From Escherichia coli (GTDB lineage Bacteria > Pseudomonadota > Gammaproteobacteria > Enterobacterales > Enterobacteriaceae), in assembly GCF_013122565.1 (NCBI RefSeq), contig NZ_CP053258.1: 64,000 bases of DNA, one strand, 5' to 3'. Position 1 is the stretch's first letter; every line of letters begins with the position of its first letter. A model generated the notes under the pieces. The model saw only the letters and a list, made by a program, of their open reading frames with translations, had not been told where the DNA came from and made no database searches. The translations under genes and the position numbers were made by a program. Below are positions 1-15,393 of this stretch, in pieces.

Positions 1-1
1 A

Positions 2-55
2 AGATAAGCTGATTCTGCTGGTGCTTGACGCCGCCCGCGTCAAACATCCTGCTTG
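2..55 (+). CDS. rsd: 3' end of rsd (regulator of sigma D), partial
   Basis: Frame translates ...DKLILLVLDAARVKHPA* ending at TGA 53-55; matches remembered Rsd C-terminus and its position upstream of thiC. Confidence 0.6.
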
Positions 56-95
56 AGTTCTGCGCTGTTAACGCGTAATTTACATTCAACGCCCC

Positions 96-205
96 GTTTG
101 TGGGGGCTAATTTCTTGTCGGAGTGCCTTAACTGGCTGAGACCGTTTATTCGGGATCCGCGGAACCTGATCAGGCTAATACCTGCGAAGGGAACAAGAGT
201 TAATC
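96..205 (+). promoter_or_regulatory. TPP (THI-box) riboswitch in thiC leader
   Basis: Conserved motifs ggagtgcc...ctgaga...acctgatc.ggctaatacc.gcgaagggaac seen directly, about 100-190 nt upstream of the thiC ATG. Confidence 0.85.
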
Positions 206-286
206 TGCTATCGCATCGCCTTTGCGGCGATCGTCTCTTGCTTCATCCGTCGTCTGACAAGCCACGTCCTTAACTTTTTGGAATGA

Positions 287-2184
<1,898 letters not shown>

Positions 2185-2185
<1 letters not shown>

Positions 2186-2820
2186 TGTATCAGCCTGATT
2201 TTCCTCCTGTACCTTTTCGTTTAGGACTGTACCCGGTGGTGGACAGCGTACAGTGGATCGAACGTCTGTTGGATGCAGGCGTACGTACTCTCCAGCTACG
2301 CATCAAAGATCGGCGCGATGAAGAGGTGGAAGCCGATGTCGTGGCGGCAATTGCGCTGGGCCGCCGCTATAACGCGCGATTGTTTATCAACGATTACTGG
2401 CGGCTGGCGATCAAGCATCAGGCGTATGGCGTCCATTTGGGGCAGGAAGATTTGCAAGCCACCGATCTCAATGCCATCCGCGCGGCAGGCCTGCGGCTGG
2501 GCGTTTCGACACATGACGATATGGAAATCGACGTCGCGCTGGCAGCACGCCCCTCTTATATCGCGCTGGGACATGTGTTCCCGACGCAAACCAAACAGAT
2601 GCCTTCTGCACCGCAGGGGCTGGAACAGCTGGCACGGCATGTTGAGCGACTGGCGGATTATCCCACCGTGGCGATTGGCGGTATCAGTCTGGCACGCGCG
2701 CCTGCGGTGATAGCAACGGGTGTCGGCAGTATCGCCGTCGTCAGCGCCATTACTCAAGCCGCAGACTGGCGTTTGGCAACGGCACAGTTGCTGGAAATTG
2801 CAGGAGTTGGCGATGAATGA
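2185..2820 (+). CDS. thiE: thiamine-phosphate synthase ThiE
   Basis: [23 protein letters not shown]...; ATG overlaps thiC stop (GTGATG); alternative GTG start at 2182. Confidence 0.93.
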
Positions 2821-3568
2821 CCGTGATTTTATGCGTTATAGCCGCCAAATCCTGCTCGACGATATCGCTCTTGACGGGCAGCAAAAACTGCTCGACAGCC
2901 AGGTGCTGATTATCGGTCTTGGCGGGCTGGGTACACCTGCTGCGCTGTACCTGGCGGGGGCTGGTGTCGGGACGCTGGTACTGGCAGATGACGACGATGT
3001 GCATTTAAGCAATCTGCAACGACAAATCCTCTTTACCACTGAAGATATCGATCGCCCGAAATCGCAAGTCAGCCAACAGCGACTGACACAGTTGAATCCC
3101 GATATTCAACTGACGGCACTACAACAACGGTTAACGGGTGAGGCGTTAAAAGATGCGGTTGCACAAGCCGATGTGGTGCTCGACTGTACCGACAATATGG
3201 CGACTCGCCAGGAGATTAATGCCGCCTGCGTGGCACTCAACACGCCGCTTATCACCGCCAGCGCGGTCGGATTTGGCGGTCAGTTGATGGTACTGACGCC
3301 ACCCTGGGAGCAGGGGTGTTACCGCTGCCTGTGGCCAGATAACCAGGAGCCAGAACGTAACTGCCGCACGGCGGGCGTGGTTGGCCCGGTGGTCGGGGTT
3401 ATGGGCACTTTACAGGCACTGGAAGCCATTAAGTTATTAAGCGGTATAGAGACGCCTGCGGGAGAATTCCGACTGTTCGACGGTAAGTCGAGCCAGTGGC
3501 GCAGCCTGGCGTTGCGCCGCGCTACAGGTTGCCCGGTATGCGGAGGAAGCAATGCAGATCCTGTTTAA
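2813..3568 (+). CDS. thiF: ThiS adenylyltransferase ThiF
   Basis: [15 protein letters not shown]... E1-like fold with GxGxxG; start chosen at internal ATG overlapping thiE stop (ORF track extends upstream in frame). Confidence 0.92.
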
Positions 3569-3752
3569 CGATCAACCGATGCAGTGCGCCGCCGGGCAAA
3601 CTGTTCACGAACTACTGGAGCAACTCGACCAACGACAAGCGGGCGCGGCTCTGGCGATTAATCAGCAAATCGTCCCGCGTGAGCAATGGGCGCAACATAT
3701 CGTGCAGGATGGCGACCAGATCCTGCTTTTTCAGGTTATTGCAGGGGGTTGA
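3552..3752 (+). CDS. thiS: sulfur carrier protein ThiS
   Basis: 66 aa ORF ending ...VIAGG (GG C-terminus). Confidence 0.95.
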   Translation: MQILFNDQPMQCAAGQTVHELLEQLDQRQAGAALAINQQIVPREQWAQHIVQDGDQILLFQVIAGG

Positions 3753-3753
3753 G

Positions 3754-4524
3754 ATGTTACGTATTGCGGACATAACGTTTGATTCACATCTGTTTACCGG
3801 CACCGGGAAATTCGCCTCTTCACAACTGATGTTGGAGGCGATCCGCGCTTCCGGCAGCCAGCTGGTGACGCTGGCGATGAAACGTGTCGACTTGCGCCAG
3901 CACAACGACGCTATCCTCGAACCGCTTATCGCGGCGGGTGTGACCCTGCTGCCGAATACATCCGGGGCGAAAACAGCGGAAGAAGCCATTTTCGCCGCCC
4001 ATCTGGCTCGTGAAGCGTTAGGCACAAACTGGTTAAAATTAGAGATTCACCCTGACGCCCGCTGGCTGTTGCCCGATCCCATCGAAACTCTAAAAGCCGC
4101 CGAAATGCTGGTACAACAGGGATTTGTCGTGCTGCCTTACTGCGGGGCCGATCCGGTATTGTGTAAACGTCTGGAAGAAGTCGGCTGTGCAGCGGTGATG
4201 CCGCTCGGCGCGCCGATTGGCTCGAATCAGGGACTGGAAACCCGTGCCATGCTGGAGATTATTATCCAGCAGGCCACAGTTCCGGTGGTTGTCGATGCTG
4301 GCATCGGCGCTCCCAGCCATGCCGCGCAGGCGCTGGAAATGGGGGCCGACGCGGTGTTAGTGAATACGGCGATTGCCGTCGCGGACGATCCCGTCAACAT
4401 GGCGAAGGCATTTCGTCTGGCAGTAGAAGCAGGCCTGCTGGCACGTCAGTCCGGACCGGGCAGCCGCAGTCATTTTGCTCATGCCACCAGCCCGCTGACT
4501 GGATTTCTGGAGGCATCGGCATGA
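3754..4524 (+). CDS. thiG: thiazole synthase ThiG
   Basis: [20 protein letters not shown]...; start taken at ATG 3754 just after thiS stop, not at the upstream in-frame extension in the ORF track. Confidence 0.92.
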   Translation: MLRIADITFDSHLFTGTGKFASSQLMLEAIRASGSQLVTLAMKRVDLRQHNDAILEPLIAAGVTLLPNTSGAKTAEEAIFAAHLAREALGTNWLKLEIHPDARWLLPDPIETLKAAEMLVQQGFVVLPYCGADPVLCKRLEEVGCAAVMPLGAPIGSNQGLETRAMLEIIIQQATVPVVVDAGIGAPSHAAQALEMGADAVLVNTAIAVADDPVNMAKAFRLAVEAGLLARQSGPGSRSHFAHATSPLTGFLEASA

Positions 4525-5654
4525 AAACCTTCAGCGATCGCTGGCGACAACTGGACTGGGACGACATCCGCCTGCGTATCAACGGCAAAATGGCTGCTGA
4601 CGTAGAACGGGCGCTAAATGCCTCGCAACTCACCCGCGACGATATGATGGCGCTGTTATCGCCAGCCGCCAGTGGCTATCTGGAACAACTGGCCCAACGG
4701 GCGCAGCGTCTGACACGTCAGCGATTTGGCAATGTTGTCAGTCTTTACGTCCCGCTTTATCTTTCCAATCTTTGCGCTAACGACTGCACGTACTGCGGAT
4801 TTTCCATGAGTAATCGCATCAAGCGCAAAACGCTGGATGAAGCGGATATTGCCAGGGAAAGCGCCGCTATACGGGAGATGGGCTTTGAACATCTGCTGTT
4901 AGTCACTGGTGAACATCAGGCGAAAGTGGGGATGGATTACTTTCGTCGTCATCTCCCTGCCCTTCGTGAACAGTTCTCTTCACTACAGATGGAAGTGCAA
5001 CCGCTGGCGGAGACGGAATACGCCGAGTTAAAGCAGCTTGGTCTGGATGGCGTGATGGTTTATCAGGAGACATATCACGAGGCGACTTATGCCCGCCATC
5101 ATCTGAAAGGCAAAAAACAGGACTTCTTCTGGCGGCTGGAAACGCCGGATCGGCTGGGGCGTGCGGGGATTGATAAGATAGGCCTCGGCGCGCTAATTGG
5201 CCTTTCCGACAACTGGCGCGTTGACTGCTATATGGTTGCCGAACATTTGCTATGGCTGCAACAGCATTACTGGCAAAGCCGTTACTCTGTCTCCTTTCCG
5301 CGCCTGCGCCCGTGTACTGGTGGCATTGAGCCTGCGTCGATTATGGATGAACGCCAGTTAGTGCAAACCATCTGCGCCTTCCGACTGCTTGCACCGGAGA
5401 TTGAACTGTCACTCTCCACGCGGGAATCACCGTGGTTTCGCGATCGCGTGATTCCACTGGCAATTAATAACGTCAGCGCTTTTTCGAAAACGCAGCCAGG
5501 TGGCTATGCCGACAATCACCCCGAGCTGGAACAGTTCTCACCGCACGACGATCGCAGACCGGAAGCGGTTGCTGCCGCGTTAACCGCTCAGGGTTTGCAG
5601 CCGGTATGGAAAGACTGGGACAGGTATCTGGGACGCGCCTCGCAAAGACTATGA
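4521..5654 (+). CDS. thiH: 2-iminoacetate synthase ThiH (radical SAM)
   Basis: 377 aa ORF with CANDCTYC radical-SAM motif; overlaps thiG stop. Confidence 0.95.
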   Translation: MKTFSDRWRQLDWDDIRLRINGKMAADVERALNASQLTRDDMMALLSPAASGYLEQLAQRAQRLTRQRFGNVVSLYVPLYLSNLCANDCTYCGFSMSNRIKRKTLDEADIARESAAIREMGFEHLLLVTGEHQAKVGMDYFRRHLPALREQFSSLQMEVQPLAETEYAELKQLGLDGVMVYQETYHEATYARHHLKGKKQDFFWRLETPDRLGRAGIDKIGLGALIGLSDNWRVDCYMVAEHLLWLQQHYWQSRYSVSFPRLRPCTGGIEPASIMDERQLVQTICAFRLLAPEIELSLSTRESPWFRDRVIPLAINNVSAFSKTQPGGYADNHPELEQFSPHDDRRPEAVAAALTAQGLQPVWKDWDRYLGRASQRL

Positions 5655-6040
5655 GACGGAATGTAAGAACGTAAATTTATTCCGAGCCGCTACGGAAGAT
5701 GAAAAACGCAAGGTTGTTGAAAGCGTTGTGTTTTTTTATGGTAGTGCCGTCAGCAGGAATGTTGTCCAGGGCGAAAAGCTTCTTCCTCGTTTCGCCCTGC
5801 CTTTCTTAAAAATTCCGTAATGCAAAGTCTGAAGCCATCGCCTGTTGAGCAATGAAAGAGATCTGATTGTAATAGAGTAAATACTCAACTATGATAGAGA
5901 CGAAAATAAGAACACATGTTCTCATCTTCCAGGATGCAGCAGACTGAAGAAATTCAGACATCCCGCAACCTGCGATTATCGCAAGGTCAAGGCAAAGTCC
6001 GGTAATGGCGTTCTGAATACCAGAGATAATTCTCTGGCGA

Positions 6041-6070
6041 AACCCACCTTAAGGTGGGTTTTGTTATTTT
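6041..6070 (+). terminator. Rho-independent terminator-like hairpin (aacccacc-ttaa-ggtgggtt + T-tract) at the 3' end of htrC
   Basis: Perfect 8-bp stem and T-rich tail on + strand; overlaps htrC stop codon. Confidence 0.5.
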
Positions 6071-6603
6071 GAGGGCTGAGGAAGCTGCTTATTTCTCAAT
6101 AAGTTGTAGGCAATGGTGAAAAATTTCACTGATTTACCTTTCTGTTTTTCAGAAATGGGATAAGCGCTAGTTACATGCAAACGGAGTTTTTTCTTTTCCC
6201 TGAAAGCCCTGAACGCAACAAAGTAAAATGCCTTATCTCCTCCGTCTAAGTCCACCTCAATCACGGCATAGCTACCATACCCGGCATGAATAACGTTGCT
6301 TTCTGGCAGCGCCAAAATAGTTCTTTTTAAGTGTGTGCGCGCTAAGTTATAACGGTGCTGGCAGAAGGGACGAGATTCTTTAGGCGCGTGGTACATTAAC
6401 GATTGTTTTTCTTCGTTCGTCTGATGTTCATAATCTTTTGTGAAGCAGTGAAGAGAGTAGGTAACCCAAAAGCGATACTCTAAAGGCTCTTTGCCCTCAT
6501 GATGCTGAACGTAGACAGCCTGATGAGCATCAAGAAATGATAAATCACGAATATCACCATCCGGATGTCCAAAAGGTCGCCACTTTTCCACTTCCTGTTT
6601 CAT
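6064..6603 (-). CDS. htrC: heat-shock protein HtrC (YjaZ)
   Basis: 179 aa ORF in the conserved position between thiH and rpoC. Confidence 0.85.
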   Translation of the reverse strand: MKQEVEKWRPFGHPDGDIRDLSFLDAHQAVYVQHHEGKEPLEYRFWVTYSLHCFTKDYEHQTNEEKQSLMYHAPKESRPFCQHRYNLARTHLKRTILALPESNVIHAGYGSYAVIEVDLDGGDKAFYFVAFRAFREKKKLRLHVTSAYPISEKQKGKSVKFFTIAYNLLRNKQLPQPSK

Positions 6604-6767
6604 TCTCGTTCCTTAAGAAAGTTACACAGGAATAGTATCGAATCCTTGCCGAGTTTGACTCAATTAGTTCAGTTAGTTTCAGGATATTAGTCATCTCTAC
6701 ATTGATTATGAGTATTCAGAAATTCCTTAAATATTCTGACAAATGCTCTTTCCCTAAACTACCCCCA

Positions 6768-6795
6768 TAAAAAAACCCGCCGAAGCGGGTTTTTA
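6768..6795 (-). terminator. rpoBC operon terminator
   Basis: GC stem cccgc-cgaa-gcggg flanked by A-run and T-run, 20 nt downstream of rpoC stop. Confidence 0.8.
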
Positions 6796-6815
6796 CGTTA
6801 TTTGCGGATTAACGA

Positions 6816-9800
6816 TTACTCGTTATCAGAACCGCCCAGACCTGCGTTCAGCAGTTCTGCCAGGCTGGCAGATGCGTCTTCTGCAGTCACCTGCGGTGCA
6901 GCCGGAGCTTCACCCGCAGCACGGCGACGCATACGATCCTGGTGGTACGCGTAACCGGTACCTGCAGGGATCAGACGACCCACGATAACGTTCTCTTTCA
7001 GGCCGCGCAGTTCGTCGCGTTTGCCCGCAACGGCTGCTTCGGTCAGCACGCGAGTGGTCTCCTGGAACGATGCCGCGGAGATGAAGGACTCGGTTGCCAG
7101 AGACGCTTTGGTGATACCCAGCAGATCGCGGGAGTAAGTTGCACCCACTTTGCCGTTCGCTTCCAGTTCGCGGTTTGCGATCTTGACGCGAGAGTATTCA
7201 ACCTGTTCGCCTTCCAGGAAGTCGGAGCTGCCCGCGTTAACGATGGTAGCTTTACGCAGCATCTGACGAACGATAACTTCGATGTGTTTATCGTTAATCT
7301 TAACGCCCTGCAGACGGTATACGTCCTGTACTTCGTTAACGATGTAACGAGTAACAGCATGAACACCACGCAGACGCAGAATGTCGTGCGGCGCTTCCGG
7401 ACCGTCGGAAATTACGTCACCACGTTCTACACGTTCACCTTCGAACACGTTGAGCTGACGCCATTTCGGAATCATCTCTTCGTACGGATCGCTACCGTCT
7501 ACCGGGGTGATAACCAGACGACGTTTACCTTTGGTTTCTTTACCGAAGGAAACGATACCGCTGATTTCAGCCAGGATTGCCGGCTCTTTCGGACGACGTG
7601 CTTCGAACAGGTCCGCAACGCGCGGCAGACCACCGGTGATGTCCTTGGTACCGCCGGATTCCTGCGGAATACGCGCCAGGGTGTCACCAGAGCTGATCTG
7701 TACGCCATCTTCCAGCTGAACAATCGCTTTACCCGGCAGGAAGTACTGCGCAGGCATATCGGTACCTGGGATCAGAACGTCGTTACCCTGAGCATCAACG
7801 ATTTTCAGTGCCGGACGCAGATCTTTACCACCTGCGGTACGTTCTGCGGAATCCAGAACCACCAGCGAAGACAGACCGGTCAGTTCGTCGGTCTGACGCG
7901 TAATGGTCTGGCCGTCGATCATGTCAGTAAAGCGTACAAAACCGCTTACTTCGGTGATAACCGGCATGGTGTGCGGGTCCCAGTTTGCAACGGTTTCGCC
8001 GCCAGCAACCTGTTCGCCATCGCCTTTTGCCAGTACCGCACCGTAAGGTACTTTGTAGCTTTCTTTGGTACGACCGAATTCGTCGATCAGTTTCAGTTCG
8101 GTGTTACGGGAAGTGATAACCAGTTTACCGCTGGAGTTCACAACCGACTTCACGTTGCTGAGCTTGATGCTACCTTTGTTTTTCACCTGGATGCTGGATT
8201 CAGCAGCCGCACGTGATGCCGCACCACCGATGTGGAACGTACGCATGGTCAGCTGTGTACCCGGTTCACCGATGGACTGTGCCGCGATAACACCGATTGC
8301 TTCACCCTTGTTGATGATGTGGCCACGCGCCAGGTCACGACCGTAGCAGTGCGCACATACACCAAAGTCGGTGTCACAAGATACAACAGAACGTACTTTA
8401 ACCGCGTCGACAGAGTTCTCTTCCAGCAGGTCACACCACTGTTCGTGCAGCAGCGTGTTGCGCGGAACGAGGATATCAGCAGTACCCGGCTTCAGAACGT
8501 CTTCAGCAGTTACACGACCCAGTACGCGATCGCGCAACGGCTCTTTAACATCACCACCTTCGATAACCGGAGTCATCATGATACCTTCATGGGTACCACA
8601 ATCGTCTTCGGTAACCACCAGGTCCTGCGCCACGTCAACCAGACGACGAGTCAGGTAACCGGAGTTCGCAGTTTTCAGTGCGGTATCCGCCAGACCTTTA
8701 CGAGCACCGTGGGTGGAGATGAAGTACTGGAGTACGTTCAGACCTTCACGGAAGTTCGCGGTGATTGGCGTTTCGATGATGGAGCCATCCGGCTTCGCCA
8801 TCAGACCACGCATACCAGCAAGCTGACGAATCTGTGCCGCAGAACCACGCGCACCGGAGTCGGCCATCATGTAGATGCTGTTGAAGGAAACCTGCTTCTC
8901 TTCCTGACCGTCACGGTTAATCACGGTTTCAGTTTGCAGGTTATCCATCATCGCTTTGGATACACGATCGTTCGCCGCAGCCCAGATATCGATAACTTTG
9001 TTGTAGCGTTCGCCCGCAGTTACCAGACCAGACTGGAACTGCTCCTGAATTTCCGCAACTTCTGCTTCTGCCTCGGAGATGATTTCGTGTTTCTTCTCCG
9101 GGATGACCATGTCATCGATACCAACAGATGCACCAGAACGCGCTGCATATGCAAAGCCGGTGTACATGATCTGGTCCGCAAAAATAACGGTCGGTTTCAG
9201 ACCGAGAATGCGGTAGCAGGTGTTCAGCATTTTGGAGATTGCTTTTTTACCCAGCGCCTGGTTGACGATGGAGTAAGGCAGACCTTTCGGTACAATCATC
9301 CACAGAATGGCACGGCCAACAGTCGTGTCTTTCAGGCTGGTTTTCGCTACTAATTCACCGTTAGCATCTTTTTCATACTCGGTGATACGCACTTTAACGC
9401 GCGCATGCAGAGAAGCCAGACCAGAGCGATACAGACGTTCTGCTTCTTTCGGGCCAGTCAGCACCATGCCTTCGCCTTTGGCGTTAACACAGTCACGGGT
9501 CATGTAGTACAGACCCAGTACAACGTCCTGAGACGGAACGATGATTGGTTCGCCGTTCGCCGGGGACAGGATGTTGTTGGTAGACATCATCAGCGCACGC
9601 GCTTCCAGCTGGGCTTCCAGCGTCAGCGGTACGTGAACAGCCATCTGGTCACCATCGAAGTCGGCGTTATATGCCGCACAAACCAGCGGGTGCAGCTGGA
9701 TAGCTTTACCTTCGATCAGTACCGGTTCAAATGCCTGGATACCCAGACGGTGCAGAGTCGGTGCACGGTTCAGCAGTACCGGGTGTTCGCGGATAACTTC

Positions 9801-11039
9801 GTCCAGGATATCCCAAACGACAGCTTCTTCGCGCTCAACCATTTTCTTCGCAGCTTTAATGGTGGTAGCAAGACCACGCAGTTCCAGCTTGCCGTAGATG
9901 AACGGTTTGAACAGCTCCAGCGCCATTTTCTTCGGCAGACCGCACTGATGCAGACGCAGGTATGGACCCACGGTGATTACAGAACGACCGGAGTAGTCAA
10001 CACGCTTACCGAGCAGGTTCTGACGGAAACGACCCTGTTTACCTTTGATCATGTCGGCCAAAGATTTCAGAGGACGCTTGTTAGAACCGGTGATCGCACG
10101 ACCGCGACGACCGTTATCCAGCAGGGCGTCTACCGCTTCCTGCAGCATACGTTTTTCGTTACGTACGATGATATCCGGCGCAGCCAGATCCAGCAGACGT
10201 TTCAGACGGTTGTTACGGTTAATGACGCGACGATACAGATCGTTCAGGTCAGAAGTCGCGAAACGACCACCATCCAGCGGAACCAGCGGACGCAGATCTG
10301 GCGGCAGTACCGGCAGAACGGTCAGGATCATCCACTCTGGTTTGTTACCAGACTGAACGAACGCTTCCAGTAGTTTGATACGCTTGGTCAGCTTTTTACG
10401 CTTAGTTTCGGAGTTGGTTTCGTTCAGCTCTTCACGCAGCTGTTCGCACTCTTGCTCCAGATCCATGCTCTTCAGCAGAGCCTGGATTGCTTCCGCACCC
10501 ATCTTCGCGTCGAATTCGTCACCGAACTCTTCCAGCGCGTCCAGATACTGCTCTTCAGTCAGGATCTGCTGACGTTCCAGGTTGGTCATACCGCCTTCAA
10601 TAACCACATAGGATTCGAAGTACAGTACGCGTTCGATATCGCGCAGCGGCATATCAAGCAGCAGGCCGATACGGGACGGCAGCGATTTCAGGAACCAGAT
10701 GTGCGCAGTCGGGGAAGCCAGTTCGATGTGGCCCATACGCTCACGGCGTACTTTAGTCTGGGTCACTTCAACGCCGCACTTCTCACAGATAACGCCACGG
10801 TGTTTCAGGCGCTTGTACTTACCGCACAGGCACTCGTAATCTTTTACCGGCCCAAAGATACGGGCGCAGAAAAGGCCGTCACGTTCTGGTTTGAACGTAC
10901 GGTAGTTGATGGTTTCCGGCTTTTTAACTTCACCGAAAGACCATGAACGGATCATGTCTGGCGAAGCCAGAGCAATTTTGATCGCATCAAACTCTTCGGT
11001 TTTAGTCTGCGCTTTCAGAAACTTTAATAAATCTTTCAC
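6816..11039 (-). CDS. rpoC: RNA polymerase beta' subunit
   Basis: 1407 aa ORF; Zn-finger CxxC...CxxC N-terminus and NADFDGD active site. Confidence 0.99.
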
Positions 11040-11115
11040 GGATTTGCTCCCGTCGGAGTTAGCACAATCCGCTGCCGGGTTTTACCCCGACAGCAGTGAC
11101 CTGTTTGAGCGAGAA

Positions 11116-14100
11116 TTACTCGTCTTCCAGTTCGATGTTGATACCCAGCGAACGAATCTCTTTCAACAATACGTTGAAGGATTCTGGCATGCCCGGCTCC
11201 ATCTGATGGTTGCCGTCCACGATGTTCTTATACATCTTGGTACGACCGTTCACGTCATCAGACTTAACGGTGAGCATTTCCTGCAGGGTGTATGCTGCGC
11301 CGTATGCTTCCAGCGCCCACACTTCCATCTCCCCGAAACGCTGACCACCGAACTGTGCCTTACCACCCAGCGGCTGCTGAGTAACCAGGCTGTAAGAACC
11401 GGTGGAACGCGCGTGCATCTTGTCGTCGACCAGGTGGTTCAGTTTCAGCATGTACATGTAACCAACGGTTACCGGACGCTCGAACTGTTCACCAGTGCGG
11501 CCGTCGTACAGGCGGATCTGACCGGAAGTCGGCAGGTCGCCAAGTTTCAGCAGCTCTTTAATTTCTGCTTCTTTCGCACCGTCGAACACCGGCGTTGCGA
11601 TTGGCATACCTTTGCGCAGGTTTTCAGCCAGACGCATAACTTCTTCATCGCTGAAGGTACTCAGGTCAACTTTCTGACGAACGTCAGCGCCCAGATCGTA
11701 CGCACGCTGGATGAATTCGCGCAGTTTCGCGACTTCTTGCTGCTGTTTCAGCATGGCGTTGATCTTGTCGCCGATACCTTTCGCAGCCATACCCAGGTGG
11801 GTTTCGAGGATCTGACCGATGTTCATACGAGACGGTACGCCCAGCGGGTTCAGTACGATGTCTACCGGCGTACCGTTTTCATCGTAAGGCATATCTTCGA
11901 TCGGGTTGATCTTAGAAATTACACCCTTGTTACCGTGACGACCTGCCATCTTGTCACCAGGCTGGATACGGCGTTTAACCGCCAGATATACCTTAACAAT
12001 CTTCAGCACGCCCGGTGCCAGATCGTCGCCCTGGGTGATTTTGCGGCGTTTCGCTTCGAGTTTCTTCTCGAACTCGTGTTTCAGTTCGTCATACTGCTCA
12101 GCCAGCTGTTCCAGCTGATTTTGTTTCTCTTCGTCGGTCAGGCCCAGCTCCAGCCAGCGATCGCGCGGCAGTTTGTCGAGCTTCTCAGCTTCAACGCCAC
12201 CGGCTACCAGCACAGCACGGATACGGCTGAACAGACCCGCTTCGAGGATCTGCAGTTCTTCAGACAGGTCTTTCTTCGCCTGTTTGAGCTGCATTTCTTC
12301 GATTTCCAGCGCACGTTTGTCTTTTTCTACGCCATCGCGAGTAAAGACCTGAACGTCGATAACCGTACCGGATACACCGTTTGGTACGCGCAGAGAAGAG
12401 TCTTTAACGTCAGAGGCTTTCTCACCGAAGATCGCACGCAGCAGTTTTTCTTCTGGGGTCAGCTGAGTTTCACCTTTCGGCGTTACCTTACCAACCAGAA
12501 TGTCGCCACCGGTCACTTCCGCACCAATGTAAACGATACCGGATTCATCCAGTTTGGAGAGCGCAGCTTCACCCACGTTCGGGATGTCAGCGGTGATCTC
12601 TTCCGGCCCCAGCTTGGTGTCACGGGACACACACGCCAGTTCCTGAATGTGGATGGTGGTGAAACGGTCTTCCTGAACAACACGCTCGGATACGAGGATG
12701 GAGTCTTCGAAGTTGTAACCATTCCACGGCATGAACGCTACGCGCATGTTCTGACCAAGCGCCAGTTCACCGAGGTCGGTGGACGGACCGTCTGCCAGCA
12801 CGTCGCCACGTTCAACCGGTTCACCCAGAGACACACACGGCATCTGGTTGATACAGGTGTTCTGGTTAGAACGGGTGTATTTGGTCAGGTTGTAGATGTC
12901 GATACCTGCTTCACCCGGATACATCTCGTCTTCGTTAACTTTGATAACGATACGGGAAGCATCCACGTACTGAACGACACCACCACGTTTAGCTACCGCA
13001 GTTACACCGGAGTCAACGGCAACAGCACGTTCCATACCAGTACCAACCAGCGGCTTATCAGCGCGCAGAGTCGGAACGGCCTGACGTTGCATGTTCGCAC
13101 CCATCAATGCACGGTTGGCGTCATCGTGTTCCAGGAACGGGATCAGGGACGCACCGACGGATACCACCTGCTGGGTGGATACGTCCATGTAGTCAACCTG
13201 GTCGCGGCTGAACAAGCTGGATTCGCCTTTGCTACGGCAAGTTACCAGGTCTTCTACGAAGTGGCCTTCTTCATCCAGGTTGGAGTTCGCCTGGGCGATA
13301 ACGTAGTTGCCTTCTTCGATAGCAGACAGGTAGTGAATTTCGTCAGTTACAACACCGTCGGTCACTTTACGATACGGAGTCTCAAGGAAGCCGTATTCGT
13401 TAGTCTGTGCGTACACGGACAGGGAGTTGATCAGACCGATGTTCGGACCTTCAGGGGTTTCGATTGGACATACGCGACCGTAGTGAGTCGGGTGTACGTC
13501 TCGAACTTCGAAGCCTGCACGTTCACGGGTCAGACCGCCTGGGCCGAGTGCGGAGATACGACGTTTGTGCGTAATCTCAGACAGCGGGTTGTTCTGGTCC
13601 ATAAACTGAGACAGCTGGCTGGAACCGAAGAACTCTTTCACTGCTGCGGAAATCGGCTTGGCGTTGATCATATCCTGAGGCATCAGGGTATCCAGATCGC
13701 CCAGAGACAAACGCTCTTTCACCGCACGCTCTACACGTACCAGACCAACGCGGAACTGGTTTTCCGCCATTTCGCCAACGGAACGGATACGACGGTTGCC
13801 GAGGTGGTCGATATCATCGACTTCGCCTTTACCGTTACGGATATCGATGAGCTTTTTCATAACATCAATGATGTCGTCTTTGCTCAGGATACCGGAACCT
13901 TCGATTTCTTCGCGCAGCAGAGAACGGTTGAACTTCATACGACCAACCGCAGACAGGTCATAACGGTCTTCGGAGAAGAACAGGTTCTCGAACAGGCTTT
14001 CAGCTGCTTCACGAGTCGGCGGCTCGCCAGGGCGCATCATGCGGTAGATTTCTACCAGTGCGCTCAGACGGTCGTTAGTTGGGTCGACACGTAAGGTTTC

Positions 14101-15144
14101 AGAGATATACGGGCCGTGATCCAGGTCGTTGGTGAACAGCGTTTCGATACGCTTGTGACCAGACTGGCTCAGCTTAGCCAGCAGATCCAGGCTCAGCTCC
14201 ATGTTCGCTGCGCAGATCAGCTCGCCGGTAGACTCATCAATATAGTCTTTAGCAACCACTTTACCTGCGATGTACTCAACCGGGACTTCGATCAGTTTGA
14301 CGTCGTCTTTTTCCAGCTGGCGAATGTGGCGCGCAGTGATACGGCGGCCTTTTTCTACGTACACTTTACCGTTAGCTTCGATGTCAAAAGATGCGGTTTC
14401 ACCACGCAGGCGTTCCGGCACCAGTTCCATCTGCAGCTTGTTATCACGGATTTCAAAGATAACTTTTTCAAAGAACAGGTCGAGGATCTGCTCTGTGGTG
14501 TAGTTCAGGGCGCGCAGAATGATGGTCGCAGGCAGTTTACGGCGACGGTCGATACGTACGAACAGGTTGTCCTTCGGATCGAATTCGAAGTCCAGCCAGG
14601 AACCACGGTAAGGGATGATGCGCGCGTTATACAGCACTTTACCCGAAGAGTGGGTTTTACCTTTGTCGGAGTCAAAGAAGACGCCCGGACTACGGTGCAG
14701 CTGGGAAACGATAACACGCTCAGTACCGTTGATAACAAAGGTACCGTTGTCTGTCATGAGCGGAATTTCGCCCATGTAGACTTCTTGTTCTTTAATGTCT
14801 TTTACGGTGCCTTCCGGCGCTTCGCGCTCATAGATCACCAGACGCAGTTTAACGCGCAGCGGTGCGGAATAGGTCACGCCACGGATTTGACATTCCTGGA
14901 CGTCAAACACCGGTTCGCCAAGGCGGTAGCTGACGTATTGCAGCTCGGAATTACCGCTGTAGCTCTGAATCGGGAATACGGAACGGAAAGCAGCTTCCAG
15001 ACCATACTGCCCTTCAGGATCTTGCTCGATAAATTTCTGAAACGAGTCAAGCTGGATAGAAAGGAGATAAGGTACATCCAGAACTTGTGGACGTTTACCA
15101 AAATCCTTACGAATACGTTTTTTCTCGGTATAGGAGTAAACCAT
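11116..15144 (-). CDS. rpoB: RNA polymerase beta subunit
   Basis: 1342 aa from [17 protein letters not shown]; ORF track extends 11 codons upstream to an earlier ATG. Confidence 0.98.
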
Positions 15145-15393
15145 AGGGTTCCTCAGCTCGCTGACAAGTCGACCCATCTGTCCATTGAGCGGACAGTTTG
15201 TGCAACACTATTTTGTTGACCGGAAAATGGAACACTTTCCGCAATGCCTGTTGCTATCACGCTTAAACCATTTCATTGCGATTTACACAGAACGGGCGTC
15301 CTGTCGCAGTATATTAAGTCGTCGATAGAAACAAGCATTGAAAGGCACAGCAGTAGTCAAACAGTGTGAAACGCTACTGGCGCCTTACAGCGC

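Noticed and set aside
3496-3753. In-frame upstream extension of thiG in the ORF track (342 aa), and similar extensions for thiF, coaA, argE, eptC and rpoB
   Set aside because: The extensions overlap the upstream genes. Conserved N-termini and stop/start coupling place the true starts at the internal ATG codons given in the feature list.
10906-14094. 1062-aa plus-strand ORF lying antisense within rpoB, with similar long antisense ORFs in rpoC (6942-8216, 8232-9353, 9405-10373) and at 14116-15219
   Set aside because: All lie entirely antisense to highly expressed, strongly codon-biased genes whose identity is certain. They have no ribosome-binding sites and low-complexity translations, the classic stop-codon-depleted antisense frame artefact.
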